Source of the DNA: Camelus ferus
Lineage: Eukaryota
NCBI RefSeq assembly: GCF_009834535.1
Contig: NC_045703.1
Span: 71,858,001 to 71,922,000 of the forward strand
DNA length: 64,000 nucleotides
Reading direction: 5' to 3'
In this document: piece by piece, positions 23,577 through 35,254 of the stretch
How positions within the stretch are numbered: position 1 is the first letter of the stretch
How the letters are laid out: every line of letters starts with the position of its first letter
Translations under genes and position numbers: made by a program
Notes under the pieces: generated by a model
The model's input: the letters and a program-made list of their open reading frames with translations, nothing else
Told to the model about the DNA's origin: nothing
Database searches by the model: none

Positions 23577-24341
23577 CTGACAGAGACACAAACCGGCAAT
23601 GGTGGTCATCAAAGTCCTTCCGTGAAGACAACCAAACACCCATTTGCCCTGCTGTTGAGGAGAAAAATACATTCAAGGTGCAGAAAATCTCTCAGCTCGC
23701 AGGAAAATGTCTTCACTGTTGAAGTTGGCAGGTTTCCCATCAAATGCTGCTCCCACGACTAGTTTGCAAAAAAGGATGTGAGATGCTACACGCCGTTAAA
23801 AGCAGCGAATGCTCATGGAAAAATGCTTTGACCAAGGCTTCCAGGGCAGCTAAAGGCACCTTTAAACGCCTGCGCGCGAGCCTGGCTTCCGGGAACACCA
23901 GGTCTCCCAGAAATGATCCTCAATCCAAAACTAAAGACCTTTCTGTGGAAAAGGACATATTTACACGTGTGTTCAAACTTCAAGCTGTAGATACTACACG
24001 GTGGGCATATCTGGCTCTCAAATGACGCTTGACCGTCAAGGCTGAGGTTTTCTCTGCCGTTAGGAACGCTGAGGACTAGGACGCAAAAGTTACCCCGAAG
24101 TTTAAGACCTGCTTGAGTGTTCAAAGGGGAGGCTTGGCGCCCCCTCCCCGCTCTCCAGGCCTTGGTGTTACTGTCGTCAGGTTACTATAAACAACACCAA
24201 AGGCTTAATTGAGGAAGGCAGATGTCACCTCCATGCAGGCAGCGCCCTGCCAAGGCTCCACCGCAAGAAGGTGCGGAGTCGTGGTGTCCTCGCGCCGTCC
24301 CCCGCCCCCACCCTTCTCCCGCCCCACCCCATCACACCTAC

Positions 24342-24606
24342 CTGGCCTCCTCCGTTGAGCTTGTTGGTGAGCTTGACTTTGCTGAAGGAGACCGGCGCCT
24401 TCATCCAGTGCGCCCCGAAGTTGGGCGAGTCGGGGTGGATGTAGACGCAGCTGGGCGCCTGAGGCTCGGGCTTGCCCCCTGGCACCCACTCGCCGTTCAC
24501 GTACTTCCAGCGGTGGTTGTCAGCAGCCACGAAGTCCAGCAGGAAGGAGTACATGGCGTTGGGGTCCAGGCCAGACACGTTCACCTTCAGCACGGGGAAC
24601 ATCCTC
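24342..24606 (-). CDS. TBXT: TBXT coding exon 2 (T-box)
   Basis: Acceptor cctttccag|G; [45 protein letters not shown]...KLNGGGQ; donor CAG|GTAGGT. Confidence 0.99.
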
Positions 24607-25072
24607 CTGGAAAGGGAGGCGCTCAGCAGGAGGACCCGGATCTGACCGTTAGCTCCAAGGCGGAGGCGTGTCAGTTGGAGCAATGAGGAGTCCCCTCGGG
24701 AACTTACAAAGAGACTCCGGAGTTCCCCGCTTCCCAGGACCCTCCTAGATCCACAAGCGTCCTCTGCGCTATCCCACGGCCTCTGGAGGCCGGCGGGAGA
24801 GGACCCGGCAGAGGGTGGCAGCACCCGGGCCAAGTCGGCCGGGAAGGCACGGGTCGGGAGACTCCCCCAGGAGTCCTCCTCCCCAGATGAGTGAAGATTA
24901 CACCAAGAGGCTCCAGAGGAATAGAGGCCACAAGGGTCTGTTTCCAGCCTGAGCGGAAATGAGCAAAAAAAACTTCCACCCGGAGAAAGTGTGGCACAGT
25001 GCGGACCTCTGCAGCCGGCGCCCGGCCCGCCCGAGTGCGTGGCGCGTGCCCCAGACCCGGCCGCGCGCCTAC

Positions 25073-25278
25073 CTGCCGTTCTTGGTGACAATCATCTCGT
25101 TGGTGAGCTCCTTGAAGCGCAGCCACAGCTCGCTCTCCTCCAGGCCCACGCGCAGCTCGCGCTCCGTGGGGTCGCCCTTCTCGCTGCCCGCTTGCAGCTC
25201 GCTCTCCACGGCGCTCAGCAGGTGGTCCACTCGGTGCTGCAGGCTCTTCCCCCCGCTCTCGGCGCCGGCGGAGCTCAT
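25073..25278 (-). CDS. TBXT: TBXT coding exon 1 (N-terminus, start of T-box)
   Basis: ATG at 25278; [69 protein letters not shown]; donor AG|GTAGGC. Confidence 0.99.
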
Positions 25279-25334
25279 CCTCCCGCCCCTCCCCGCCGCC
25301 CCCGAAGCCCCCACTCGCTATCCAAGAGCCACCT

Positions 25335-25358
25335 TCACCCCAGGAGGCGGCCGCGCAT
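25335..25358 (-). other. Upstream ORF in TBXT 5'UTR (MRGRLLG*)
   Basis: ATG CGC GGC CGC CTC CTG GGG TGA; out of frame with the main ATG; weak Kozak (tggATGc). Translation not shown. Confidence 0.7.
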
Positions 25359-25479
25359 CCAAGACGAGAGGACCGACGGCGCCCCCAGACCTGGGAGGTG
25401 GGTGAAGAAGGCGATCTTGGGGGGAGGGGGCGGGGGAAAGGGGTGGGGGGAAAGGTTATTCCACTTGAACTCCCTCAAG

Positions 25480-25538
25480 GAGCTGCTAGAGTAGGTCTCT
25501 GGGGAGAGAGAATCTGTCCCCTCGGCATAAATAGAGCC

Positions 25539-25569
<31 letters not shown>

Positions 25570-25800
25570 GGGGCGCGGCGGATTGGGCGGAGCGCCCTTT
25601 GAAGTGCCCGGGCAGCTGCCCATTGGCCGCGCGCGGCCATATCAGACCCCGCCGGGCGGGCTGCGGAGGCGGGCGGCCAACAATGGGCTCCCGCGCCTGT
25701 TTCTTGTAAATCCGCAGCCCGGCATTGCGCGGCCCGGCCCAGCCCCTATACCTCCGCCCTCCCCCAAATGTTTGCACCTCCATCAAAGCGGCCCGGCGGG
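25480..25800 (-). promoter_or_regulatory. TBXT: TBXT proximal promoter
   Basis: TATA-like TATTTAT (minus, 25533-25527); CCAAT boxes (GATTGG 25581-25586, CATTGG 25621-25626); TCF/LEF sites CTTTGAAG 25597-25604 and ATCAAAG 25782-25788; SOX AACAATG 25679-25685; FOX-like TGTTTGC 25769-25775. Wnt-responsive TCF sites in the T promoter are established. TSS inferred near 25500. Confidence 0.85.
25539..25568. repeat. (GCG)10 trinucleotide repeat in core promoter
   Basis: Ten perfect GCG units counted directly. Confidence 0.97.
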
Positions 25801-28041
25801 CCCCGGAGGCCGGGAGGAGGAGGGGAACGCGGTGAGGGTGGAAGAACCGGGCTCCCGAGCTCGCCCGGCCCGCACCTCGCCCAGGGGTTGTCTGGCTGCC
25901 CGAGATGCTCCCCTACTCCCGGGAGCCGGGCCTTCCTCGCTCGCCAAGCGCACCCCGGATCCTGCAGGTGTGCCGGCCTAGAGTCGCACCGCGGCTCACA
26001 CTGGCTCCCGAACCGGTGTCGGTCCCTCGCCAGCAACCATCGCGCACCACAACCACCTCTTAAGGACGCGCCGCGTGGCTTTCCGGGTGGAGCTGGTCTC
26101 CTATCCTCCGAAGCTCAGCCCACCACCCAGCCTGGCCGAGTCCCGACGCGTCCCTCGGCCCACGGCGCTTCAGGTGACTCCACTAACACCCGCGACCATG
26201 GATCAGCCCACCCGGCGTCCCCTGTTCTCCGGAGCCCTCACTGTCTGGAAAGGGAAGCCTCGCGCTCCGAGTCTCTGCCCCCGGATACACCCCGCGCCCT
26301 GAGAGGGAAATAGACTGAAATCAACCAAACGACCCTTTGGGAGATGTTTTCTCGCTCCCCTATTATAAAAGCAAGACTTTGTTGGCGAGGTTTAAGCGTA
26401 CTCTGAGTGTTACCCGAGGGTCTGTTCTACTTTTTTGATTTGGTCTTTGCTGTCGCGGAAGGTGAGAGGGAGGGGGAGAGGGGGCGAGCCAGGGTTTCCA
26501 GGCGAGCAGGGTTCGGGGTGCGTCTCCCTGCCGGCCTGGCCTCAGTGCCCCGCGGTGTGGGGCCCAGGTGGTCTATAACCTTTCGGGGAGCATTTTCACG
26601 AGGACAGTGAAGGATAGGTGACAATAAGCAGGAAATAGTTCAACAGAGTTTCTTCAGACAGTAACATTCCTCCTGAGACAGGAGCCCGAGAAGGGGGAGA
26701 AAGCAGACGCCCGGCTTCAGGGCCCCGCAGCGCGCCTCCGCATCCCACTCCTGTGGCTCGAACAAGGGTGTGTGGCCCCAGCCTTGGTGCCTTATGTCCG
26801 TTTTGCACTCCCCTCACCTCCACACCCTCTGGAAAAAGCCACGAATCGGGTGAGGCACCCCATTCAGAAAGCCCTGCGCCTTAGCACGGGGGATCTCCTG
26901 GAAGGACGTCTAATCTGCGGTCTGCGTGAACGCTTCCCTGCCCAGCGCCTGGCCAGGCTCGTCCTAGGGCCGGGAATTGAGGGGGGAGCCGCAGGAGGGA
27001 TCCCAGGAGCCAGCCCTGGACAGAGCACCTGCTGCCCGCGGGGGTGGGGCGAGCTCGCCCCCAGGGATGCTTTCCTGCCCCTCTCCAAATGGGGACTGGA
27101 GTCGGGAAGCCCAGCGCACCGCCTCACTGTCGCATTTCTCAGTTTCTTTTGTTGTCTAGGATGCAAGGAAATGCCCAGGCGGGTGGCCTGAGGGGGGAAG
27201 TTTCCTTCTGGAAAGAGGCAACAAAAGGACCTCATTTGCTCCCATCACCCAGACCCTCCTGAGTCGCCCTCGACTGGGCCCTTCGGCCATGGGCTTTAGG
27301 GGACTTGTGCGTGCGTCTTTCCTGAGACATTAATAATGTCCAAAGGTCATCTCTGCGGCCTGAGACCTCCCGAGCCCGGCAGGCCTCTAAAACCTCCAGT
27401 CAGGGAGCGAAGCTTAGCAGCTCCTTGACCCCTTAGAGGGGCGCAGACCGGCGGGTTCCCCAAATTCCAGCACTGCGGTTCCGATTTCAATTCGGCTCCA
27501 CAGTTGGGAAGAAGCAAGGCCAAAAAAGAATAACACTCCAGCAAAAACAGAATGTTGGCTTTCAAACTTGCGCAGAGACAACTCTCCCCTCCAGAACGAA
27601 CGTCAGGTGTCCCAGATCGCAGCGCAGAAAGCTCACCACGCTGCTGGGACAGAGGCTGCAGGTTAGGGACAGTGAGGTGGCTGCCGGGTTCTTCCGACTT
27701 CCTACCGCCGAGTACTTTCCCTCTCTTTCCTTGGCCTGATTTTCTGGATCTTTGTCCCTTGGTTCTCAGGACAAGCGTCTCCTTTCTCAGGGTCCCTTCA
27801 GTGAAGGCCGCCGTGCATGACAGTTTATAGCCAAAAACTTCCCCCCCGCCCAGCTATAAAGAATTCCCAGTTAATAACTAGGTGCGTCCTTGCGGCGGCG
27901 GGGACACGGCACCCCCGCATGTTTCTCACGGGGTCTTTCCCCCCTTGGGAAGCCTAACCGTCCCAGACAAGCCAGGAAAGGCCTGATAGCCGGGCCTCAG
28001 AGTGCGGCTGGTCCTCTCTCCAAATAATTTAGGAGACTGCA

Positions 28042-28042
<1 letters not shown>

Positions 28043-28074
<32 letters not shown>
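28043..28074. repeat. (CA)16 microsatellite
   Basis: Counted directly; about 2.5 kb upstream of the TSS. Confidence 0.97.
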
Positions 28075-28077
<3 letters not shown>

Positions 28078-28727
28078 CTCAATTCCCAGAGAGGCAGTTT
28101 TCCCCAGACGCAACCCCCTCTCAAGCAACAAAACCATCTGTCTTTCGGGAGCAAGTATCAGTGGTGCTCACGGGCTCCCGGGCAGTCAGAGCGTGGGCGG
28201 CACTGTGCAACCCTGGCCAGGCGCTCCAGTTTCCTTATTTCATTTTTTTCCTTCTTCCTTAAAAGAAAAAAAATAAATTTCTCTTCCTATCATATCGTTT
28301 GTGCTCACTGTAGAATGCACTATACACATTTACGTAGCATGTGTGTAGATCTGTGTATACATAATGTGTGTGCTTGTGTGCGTGTGTGAACGTGGTACCA
28401 TCAGCACTATCCCCGTGCATCCTCGGGTGTGTTTTCCTCACCTTTTCCCGTGTTGTCCTTGGGGTGAGCTTTCCTCCTACACTGGTGGTGCAGACTGAAC
28501 CAACAAACTTTGGAACATTTGTGTCCTAAATAGAAGACAACACGTGCAGGGCACTGAGTAGCGAATCATTTCAGTCCCCAGTGCTTTCTCTGTCCATCGC
28601 ACTGAAAGAAACCCCATGGATTTTGTTTTGGCTTCTAAAGTTCCACGACATCATTCTTGAGACTCCTCAGCATTGGAAGTTTTCAAAGGCCATTGGGTTG
28701 CCAGAGGGCATCTTTGGTTAGCGGAGT

Positions 28728-28849
28728 GTCTTTTTGTTGAGGGGTGGGATTTGATTGATTGATTATTTAATGGAGGTACTGGGGATGGAACCCAGGACCT
28801 TGCGCATGCTAAGCCCTTGCTGTACCACTGAGCTATATACCCTCTCCCC
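28728..28849 (-). mobile_element. Vic-1-type SINE
   Basis: Reverse complement of the SINE head: ggaggtactggggatggaacccaggaccttgcgcatgctaagc...ccactgagctatataccctctcccc. Confidence 0.9.
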
Positions 28850-31689
28850 AAGACGAGTCTTAAAGTCTTTCTCAGGACAGTGGCCCAGCCCTGAACATGG
28901 CTGACCCACTGTAGGCAGGGGGACTACAACTCAGAGCTTCGTGACGGCTCTCCCCTGAACTGCAGGCCAGGGTTGGCCTTTGCAGGTGTGGAATCAGATT
29001 AGACCATGGAAGTGCTTCAAGACCAAATCCATCCTCACTCTGCTTTCTGAACCACAGAACTTTGTCACACATGACAGTGGACAGTCTCCTGACGGGAGGT
29101 CACACATTAAAAACAAACAAACCAGCCCGGTGAGGCCCAGAGCTTGGAGTGGTGACCTTTCTCCTTAAAACTCCAGCACAGTCGCTCCAGTCCCTTTGGA
29201 ATTCGGGGCTGCAGGGGAGAAAGCTGTAGGCGGGGGACCATGGTCCCTTCCGTGGTGGGTAGCTTGTGGTCCTCCTGGATACCGGAATTCTCAGTCCTCA
29301 GAGACTGCAGGAATCCCTTTTTCCTGGTTTTGCTGGGGTTGTTGGGGGAGGGGCGATTTCAGCTCTGACCTGATGCAGGAAGGGTTCAGTCCTTCTGTTT
29401 CTACCTCAGGGGCTGGTGTCCGTGCTTCCTAGCAGGGTTTCTCGCTGCTCTCACTGTCTCTGCTCTCTCACCTCTTAGCCACCTCGGAAGAGCTCTTTCC
29501 CACCTCTCTCTGTCACTTTGCCTCGGTGCCACTCCTGGTTTTCACTACCTACAGCGCAGATCTGATTCCCTGCGGTAGCTCCAATTTCTGACAGTCCTGG
29601 CACCCCTGTCCCTCACCGCCTCCCACTGCCCTCCATCCTCGGTCCTCCAGGCTCTGCCTGACTGAGAAGGCCCAACAGCTATCTGAATTTGTCTTCTAGT
29701 TCCAATCAATTATTGTCTCTGGAGCTGCTCCCCCTCTGAGCTTTAGGAATAACCCCACGGCCCCTTGTCCCTTAACACTTGGCTTTATGCTGTTTTCTTT
29801 TCCCACGTTCCCCTCGGAGCTGGGGGCGGTCTCCCCAGCCTATCCGCGGCCCCTCCCTGCTCTCCGAGGACCTGGTGTGGCGGACGCTCTCACAGCCACA
29901 CCGAGAGCCCACACTGAAGCAGGTGAGGTGCACAGTCTGTTTTACTCACTGAATAGGTTCCTATTGGCCAACTTGGGAGCCCCTGTCCTCAAAATCCACC
30001 TGCATCCCTGCCAGGGAGCATCTTAACAAAATGTTAACCCTTAACATCCCCTCAAATGCAGAGCCACAGAGACCGGAGTGGTCTGTCTTTAGTCGCATAC
30101 CTGCCCATTCTAATGGCTACTTGCCTTGAAGACAGTAGAGGAAGGATTCCCTGTCGGAGTTGTGTGTAAACTGAGACCTAAGAATCGAAACAAATGAGCT
30201 CTTCCAAGGGAAGCAAAGGGGGTGAGTGGGTAGGAACATCATGCTAGGCTTCAAATTACTTGAGAATTCATGACTGGGGTCCTTACTCAATCATTTCATC
30301 AGTGACTAAACATAACTCCTTTCTCTTTATCTTATACTGGAAAATCCTGTTTTGGCACTGAATTAGTTTCAAGTCTCAAACCAATTCTCTTATAGGAAAG
30401 AAGGTTGGAAACACATGCAGGTAGGGGTAACTGATGCCTACTACTTAAGCTGGACCAGTTCTAAGGTTTCCATAGTAACTTATTAATAGGAAAGGCAGGC
30501 ATTCTGCCCAAAATCAGGACAGATTGTGATTGTTGCTGTGGAAGGGGTTGGTGCAGCAGGCTCAGAGCTCAGAGAGTAGGGAGGCTGACGCCTTCCTAAA
30601 GCAGCTGGGAGAGAGCGGGGTCTCGGGCCCGGGAGTGGCAGGGAGACAGCGCTTCCTGTGGGAGAAACTGACCACATGCAGCGTGGCCTGACATAGAATC
30701 TGAGACCAGGCAAAGACCGTGGAGACCCGAGGGAGGCAGGGGCAGCGGGTTTTCAGTGCCTGACTCTGGAGCAAAGATGGGAACAGCTAAGAGAGAGTGG
30801 ACTTTTGATGATAGTGGAGACACAATCACCTATTTAATAAGAATGAATGGAACATTAAGACACAAGGGTGAAGCCTGGCGGGAAACTGGACGGCGAGGCA
30901 GATGTGCTAGGTGCCGGTGTGGCTGGGAGGACGAAACAGGAGGGCAGAGGTCAGCAGGTAGGTACGGGAGTGCAGCCCTGGCAGACTGTTGAGATGAGTG
31001 GAATGCCGGCATTCTCACGGACTGGAGAGAAAGAACTCGAGAAAGGGCACTTTTAGAGGCTTCCTATAGAAATTCCCACCAGTGTTATAGACAGAGACGT
31101 AAAGGAACAATGGACAATGAAAGAGATCACACTGTAAGACTGTTTGGGGAGGGCTCACCTGGGAGCAGGGAACAGAAGGAAAGACAGAGGCAGAGCCCTG
31201 AGCTGAAATCTCCAAAAGGACTTGGAGGGCAGGCGGCTGCAGCTGGGGTGAGGCCGGAGGGCTGGGGGCCGGGAGGACAGGGGGAGGAGCTAAAATCGGC
31301 CCTCCCTACAGATCAAGTACCAGACTGATAGTAAAATCGGGACAAAGGGGAGGGCTTAGCGCCTCTGTGAGAAAAGAGCCCCAGTCAATGGTTCCTACCG
31401 CGGAGATTCTGCGAGCTGAAAAGAAGCCGCTGAGGAGGGAAACCCATTTGGAAATTAGGATTAGCACATTCTACAGTCTAAACTCACAAGCTTCCAAGCT
31501 GTCCCAGCCTCGGGACACGAGGAGGAGGAAGTAACATTCATGAGGTCCATTATATGCAAGGACTTGTGCATATGTTATTCCAGACATCAGTGCTTTGCAC
31601 GGAGGTAATACCCACGTTTATATTCAACTAAGTCTCCAGAGAGAGGAAGAAATAGAGTGAGACTGGATTTCTGATCTGTCTTACTTTAT

Positions 31690-31917
31690 TTTTTTTTATT
31701 TTTATAATTTTTTTTTAATTGAAGCACAGTTAGTTACAGTGTGTCAGTTTCTGATGTACAGCACAGGGTCCCAGTCATATATACACACACACATATTTGT
31801 TTTCATATTTTTTTATTAAAGGTTATTATAAGATACTGAATATAGTTCCCTGTGCTACACAGCAGAAACTTGGGGTTTTTAAATCTATGTTCATATATAG
31901 TGGCTAACATTTGAACT
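31690..31917 (-). mobile_element. Lineage-specific L1 3' end, antisense
   Basis: Poly-T followed by aattgaagcacagttagttacagtgtgtcagtttctg...ccctgtgctacacagcagaaac. Confidence 0.88.
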
Positions 31918-32259
31918 TATCTTGTTTCCACTAATCAGGGTTAAGTATATGGCGAGTGGAAACAGATGTACTTTTCTCTCTCCTACCCACTGCATTTATG
32001 CTACTATTTAACTGTTTATAAATGAAATCTGCCGTGTGTGTGTGTACGCGCGCGTTTGGGGAGTGGGAACTGGTTGACTTAAATACTTTGAAAATCTGAA
32101 AAAAAAAGTTTCATAATACAAAGGATGACAATACAATAGGATTTGGAGGAGGAAAATCTCACCCCTTAAGCAACTTGCAATCCAATCAGAGATACTGGTG
32201 ATTAGAGAGAAAAGCCGAAGCCAAACGGTGCTTATGCCTGAATGCATCATCCTATCAAG

Positions 32260-32370
32260 TTTCCAAAGCACCCTATGAAAGTATTATTACCTTCCTTTTA
32301 AAAATTTTCAGAATAAAATAAAATGTAGATCAGACAGGTAAAGAAGTCTCCCCAAGGTCACACAGTTCGT
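32260..32370 (-). mobile_element. MIR relic
   Basis: caccctatgaaagtattattacc...ccccaaggtcacacag. Confidence 0.55.
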
Positions 32371-32639
32371 GCGGGACCATAATTCCATTGTGCTAGTGCA
32401 CTAGAGATGCCAGAGCAGAAGCAGGCAGACTCAAGTTGTGTTCCTTGGCTTTTGACTAACATTTTTTGTCAGCTTGTTGTATTACTTTCAAACATCACCA
32501 TGAACCTCAGAGGTCAGCTTTAAAACAAGACTATTCTCCTGTTGCAGCTGCTTCCTTTGGGTGCTAGAGGGATTGTGATGTTAAAGGCACTGGGAGAGAC
32601 CTCTGGGGATGTTGTAGGAACTTACACAGTATTATCTGC

Positions 32640-34560
32640 CAAGGTTTGAGTACAAGCTGTAAATGTACGTATCTTGCAATGCCTGTGCGTCGGAGCTCTC
32701 CATAGGTGAGTTGTATGCCTAGAAAGGGAATTTCTCGGTAACGTCTACTCTCAGCATTTATAGAATTTGCCAAATTGTTTTCCAAAAGAGACTGCACCAG
32801 TTTTATGTGCCACCTGCAGTGACTAAGGCTCCTCGCTCATTGAATCCTGACCAGAACTTGTAAATTGCTGACAATTGACACAAATTGTCAGATTATACAA
32901 TTTTTCCAGTCTGAAGGGTATAAAAAAGAATGTCATGGTTTCAAATAGCAGTTCTCTGATTACTAAGGATTTTGAGTATCCCATTGAAACTTTTTAAAAA
33001 ATTCACTTGCAGTTTTTTTTAAATGCTGGTACTAATCATTTGTCAATTTTTTAACCAATAAAACATCCTCCCCCTTAGTGACTAGTCTTTCACGTCCCTG
33101 ATAGCATCCTTTTGCCAACAGAAATTCTCAATTTTAATATGGTCTCAGTTATCACAGTTTTCCTTTCCATTGTACACTTTTTGTATCTTTGTTTAAGAGA
33201 GCCATTCCAACCTCCAAGATAGTCTTTCTTTTTTTAAAGTTGTATAATTCTGCCTTTTTACGATTAGGACTTTAGACCACGTAGAAATGACTTCTGTACA
33301 TAAGATTAGAGAGAGAGATTCACTTTCAACGTGGAAAACCAATTGTCCAAGTACCATGTATTAAATCATCCATCGTTCCACCAAAGATCAGCAGTAAAAC
33401 TACCATAAATAGTTTCTGTTCTGCATCTGATTTTGAGCCTTCTGGTCCAGGACCAAAATGTTACTGGATTCAAATTGCTAGTATTTTGTTCAAAATTTTT
33501 GCAACTGCATTCTCGAGACAAGCCTGTTTTTTCCTTCTAGGTAATGCAGGCATCACAAAAAGAAATGGGGAATGTGCCCTCTTTTTCTATTTTCTGGGAG
33601 AAAATAGAAAATATAAAAGATGACATTTTCCCCCTAAATATTTGTATGAAATTCACCAGTGGAACCATATGGGTAAAGAATTTTCTTCTTTTCTTTGTGG
33701 GAAAGTTTTTAAATTACAGATTCAAACTATTTAATATATAGAACTATTTGGACTTTCCATTTCTTCTTATTAAAATAATTTTCTAAGAACTTGTCCACTG
33801 TCACTATTGACATGTGGTCTGTATTCTAATTACTGCTCCTTTGTAGGCAATCTGTCTTTTCTCTTTGGCGTCTTTAAACAATTCCCCTCTACAGTTGGTG
33901 TTGCTCTTTTTATTTACCATCTTGTGACTCTTTGGGACCCCTAAATCTCAGGATTGGTGTCTTTCATCAATTCTGGAATTTCATTTTTTTTTCTTCAAAT
34001 ATTGCTCTTTCCCCATTCTCTTGATTAGTTCTGCTGGAACTGGGATAAAGCACATGTCAGGTTTTCTCACTCCAACGCCCTTAACCTCTGTTACGTATTC
34101 CATCACTGTGTTTCTCTGTGTTGTATTTTAGACAATGTACATTGATCTATATAGTTCACTAATTCTGTCTTCACATATGACTAATCTACTGTTTAATCCG
34201 CTAGTTAAATATTTTTATTTATTATATTTCCCACTCTAAAAATTCTATTTCTGTCTCAATGTTAATTCATTTTAATAGTCTACTGTTTACTCAGAATTTA
34301 AAATTTCTTTGTAAAATTCACTTAACCATATTAATCACTCCTATTGTATTTTCCACATCTGATAACTTTCATTATCATGATTTTTTTGTGAGTCGGATCC
34401 TGCTCACTCTCATTTCTGCTGGTTCTCATTTATGGTTCTGGGTTTCTACACAAAAATGTCACATTTATAATAAATATATGATTATTTATTTGATGCTGCC
34501 ACCATTGCTTTTCATAACTTTGAATTAAAGAAAACAATATCTGCCCTTCAGTTATTTATT
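32640..34560 (-). mobile_element. Highly degenerate old L1 (L1ME-like) fragments
   Basis: ttgccaaattgttttccaaaagagactgcaccagtttta; atttgtatgaaattcaccagtggaacc; ttcttcaaatattgctc. T-rich throughout. Confidence 0.7.
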
Positions 34561-35254
34561 TGGGATTTTCAACATTTCTTCATTGTTTTCATCCAGGTAG
34601 GACACTACAGTCTTATTCTTAATCCACGTAGTTAGTCCAATATCGACTTGCTGTCTTAGACTCCTAGAATGAATAAAAGAATAAAACTATACACATAACT
34701 CTGAAGACAAAGTGCCATGGAGATGTGCCACCCACCAACTCTATTATAAGTCTAATTCTTGGGCCTTTGCTCTTAGTCACCAAGGAATTGGGACACAATT
34801 CATGCCCCCTCTCCTGCCTCTTGCCATTATCCTGAGAATTTCCATCTCCTCAGGCTGCTGACCCATCAAATTCAGCAGCCCTGAAATCTTAATGACCTTC
34901 ACCCCCACTCCACCCAGGGCAGGAATTCACGCTCTGAACTTTGGGCATTGCCCAGAGCTGCTCTGACTCAAATCTTAAGCTCAGGGTCCTTCTCTCACCA
35001 CAACTTCCCATCCTCTGGCATCTCTTGCTTTCACTCTCACCTCTAACTTGTTCTTTGATCTCCTGGAGAACTATATCTTCTAACTCTCTAGGCAGAGAAA
35101 AGACAGAAGCCAACCACAGCACAATGCATCTGAATTGCTTGTTCCAGGGTCAGGGGTGCCATGGTCCTGGGTGCTATAGTCATCCCTGGAGAAGTAGGCT
35201 CACCCTTTGTGTGTTCTAGAAGGTTAATCCTAAAGAAAAGAGAGACTTCTCTTA

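Larger units (their letters stand above)
17082..25278 (-). other. TBXT: TBXT (Brachyury) coding span, 8 coding exons, 1311 nt CDS = 436 aa (435 aa with distal exon 6 acceptor)
   Basis: Exon lengths 206+265+135+62+62+177+130+274=1311. Phases are consistent, every intron is GT-AG, there is no internal stop, and the translation matches Brachyury end to end (MSS...HLLSAVE...WTPVSPPSM). Confidence 0.99.
24150..27500. promoter_or_regulatory. Large CpG island over TBXT promoter, exons 1-2 and about 2 kb upstream
   Basis: Very high GC and dense CpG by inspection; boundaries approximate. Confidence 0.9.

Noticed and set aside
24225-25091. 288-aa minus-strand ORF as a long TBXT N-terminal isoform
   Set aside because: It is intron 1 read-through in frame with exon 2, starts at a non-ATG codon, and the canonical splice sites explain the true structure.
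25279-25314. In-frame GTG 12 codons upstream of the TBXT ATG
   Set aside because: Non-AUG start with C at -3 and no supporting evidence; an extension is possible but unsupported.
25335-25786. ORFs with poly-Ala/poly-Arg tracts
   Set aside because: They are translations of the promoter (GCG)10 repeat, not proteins.
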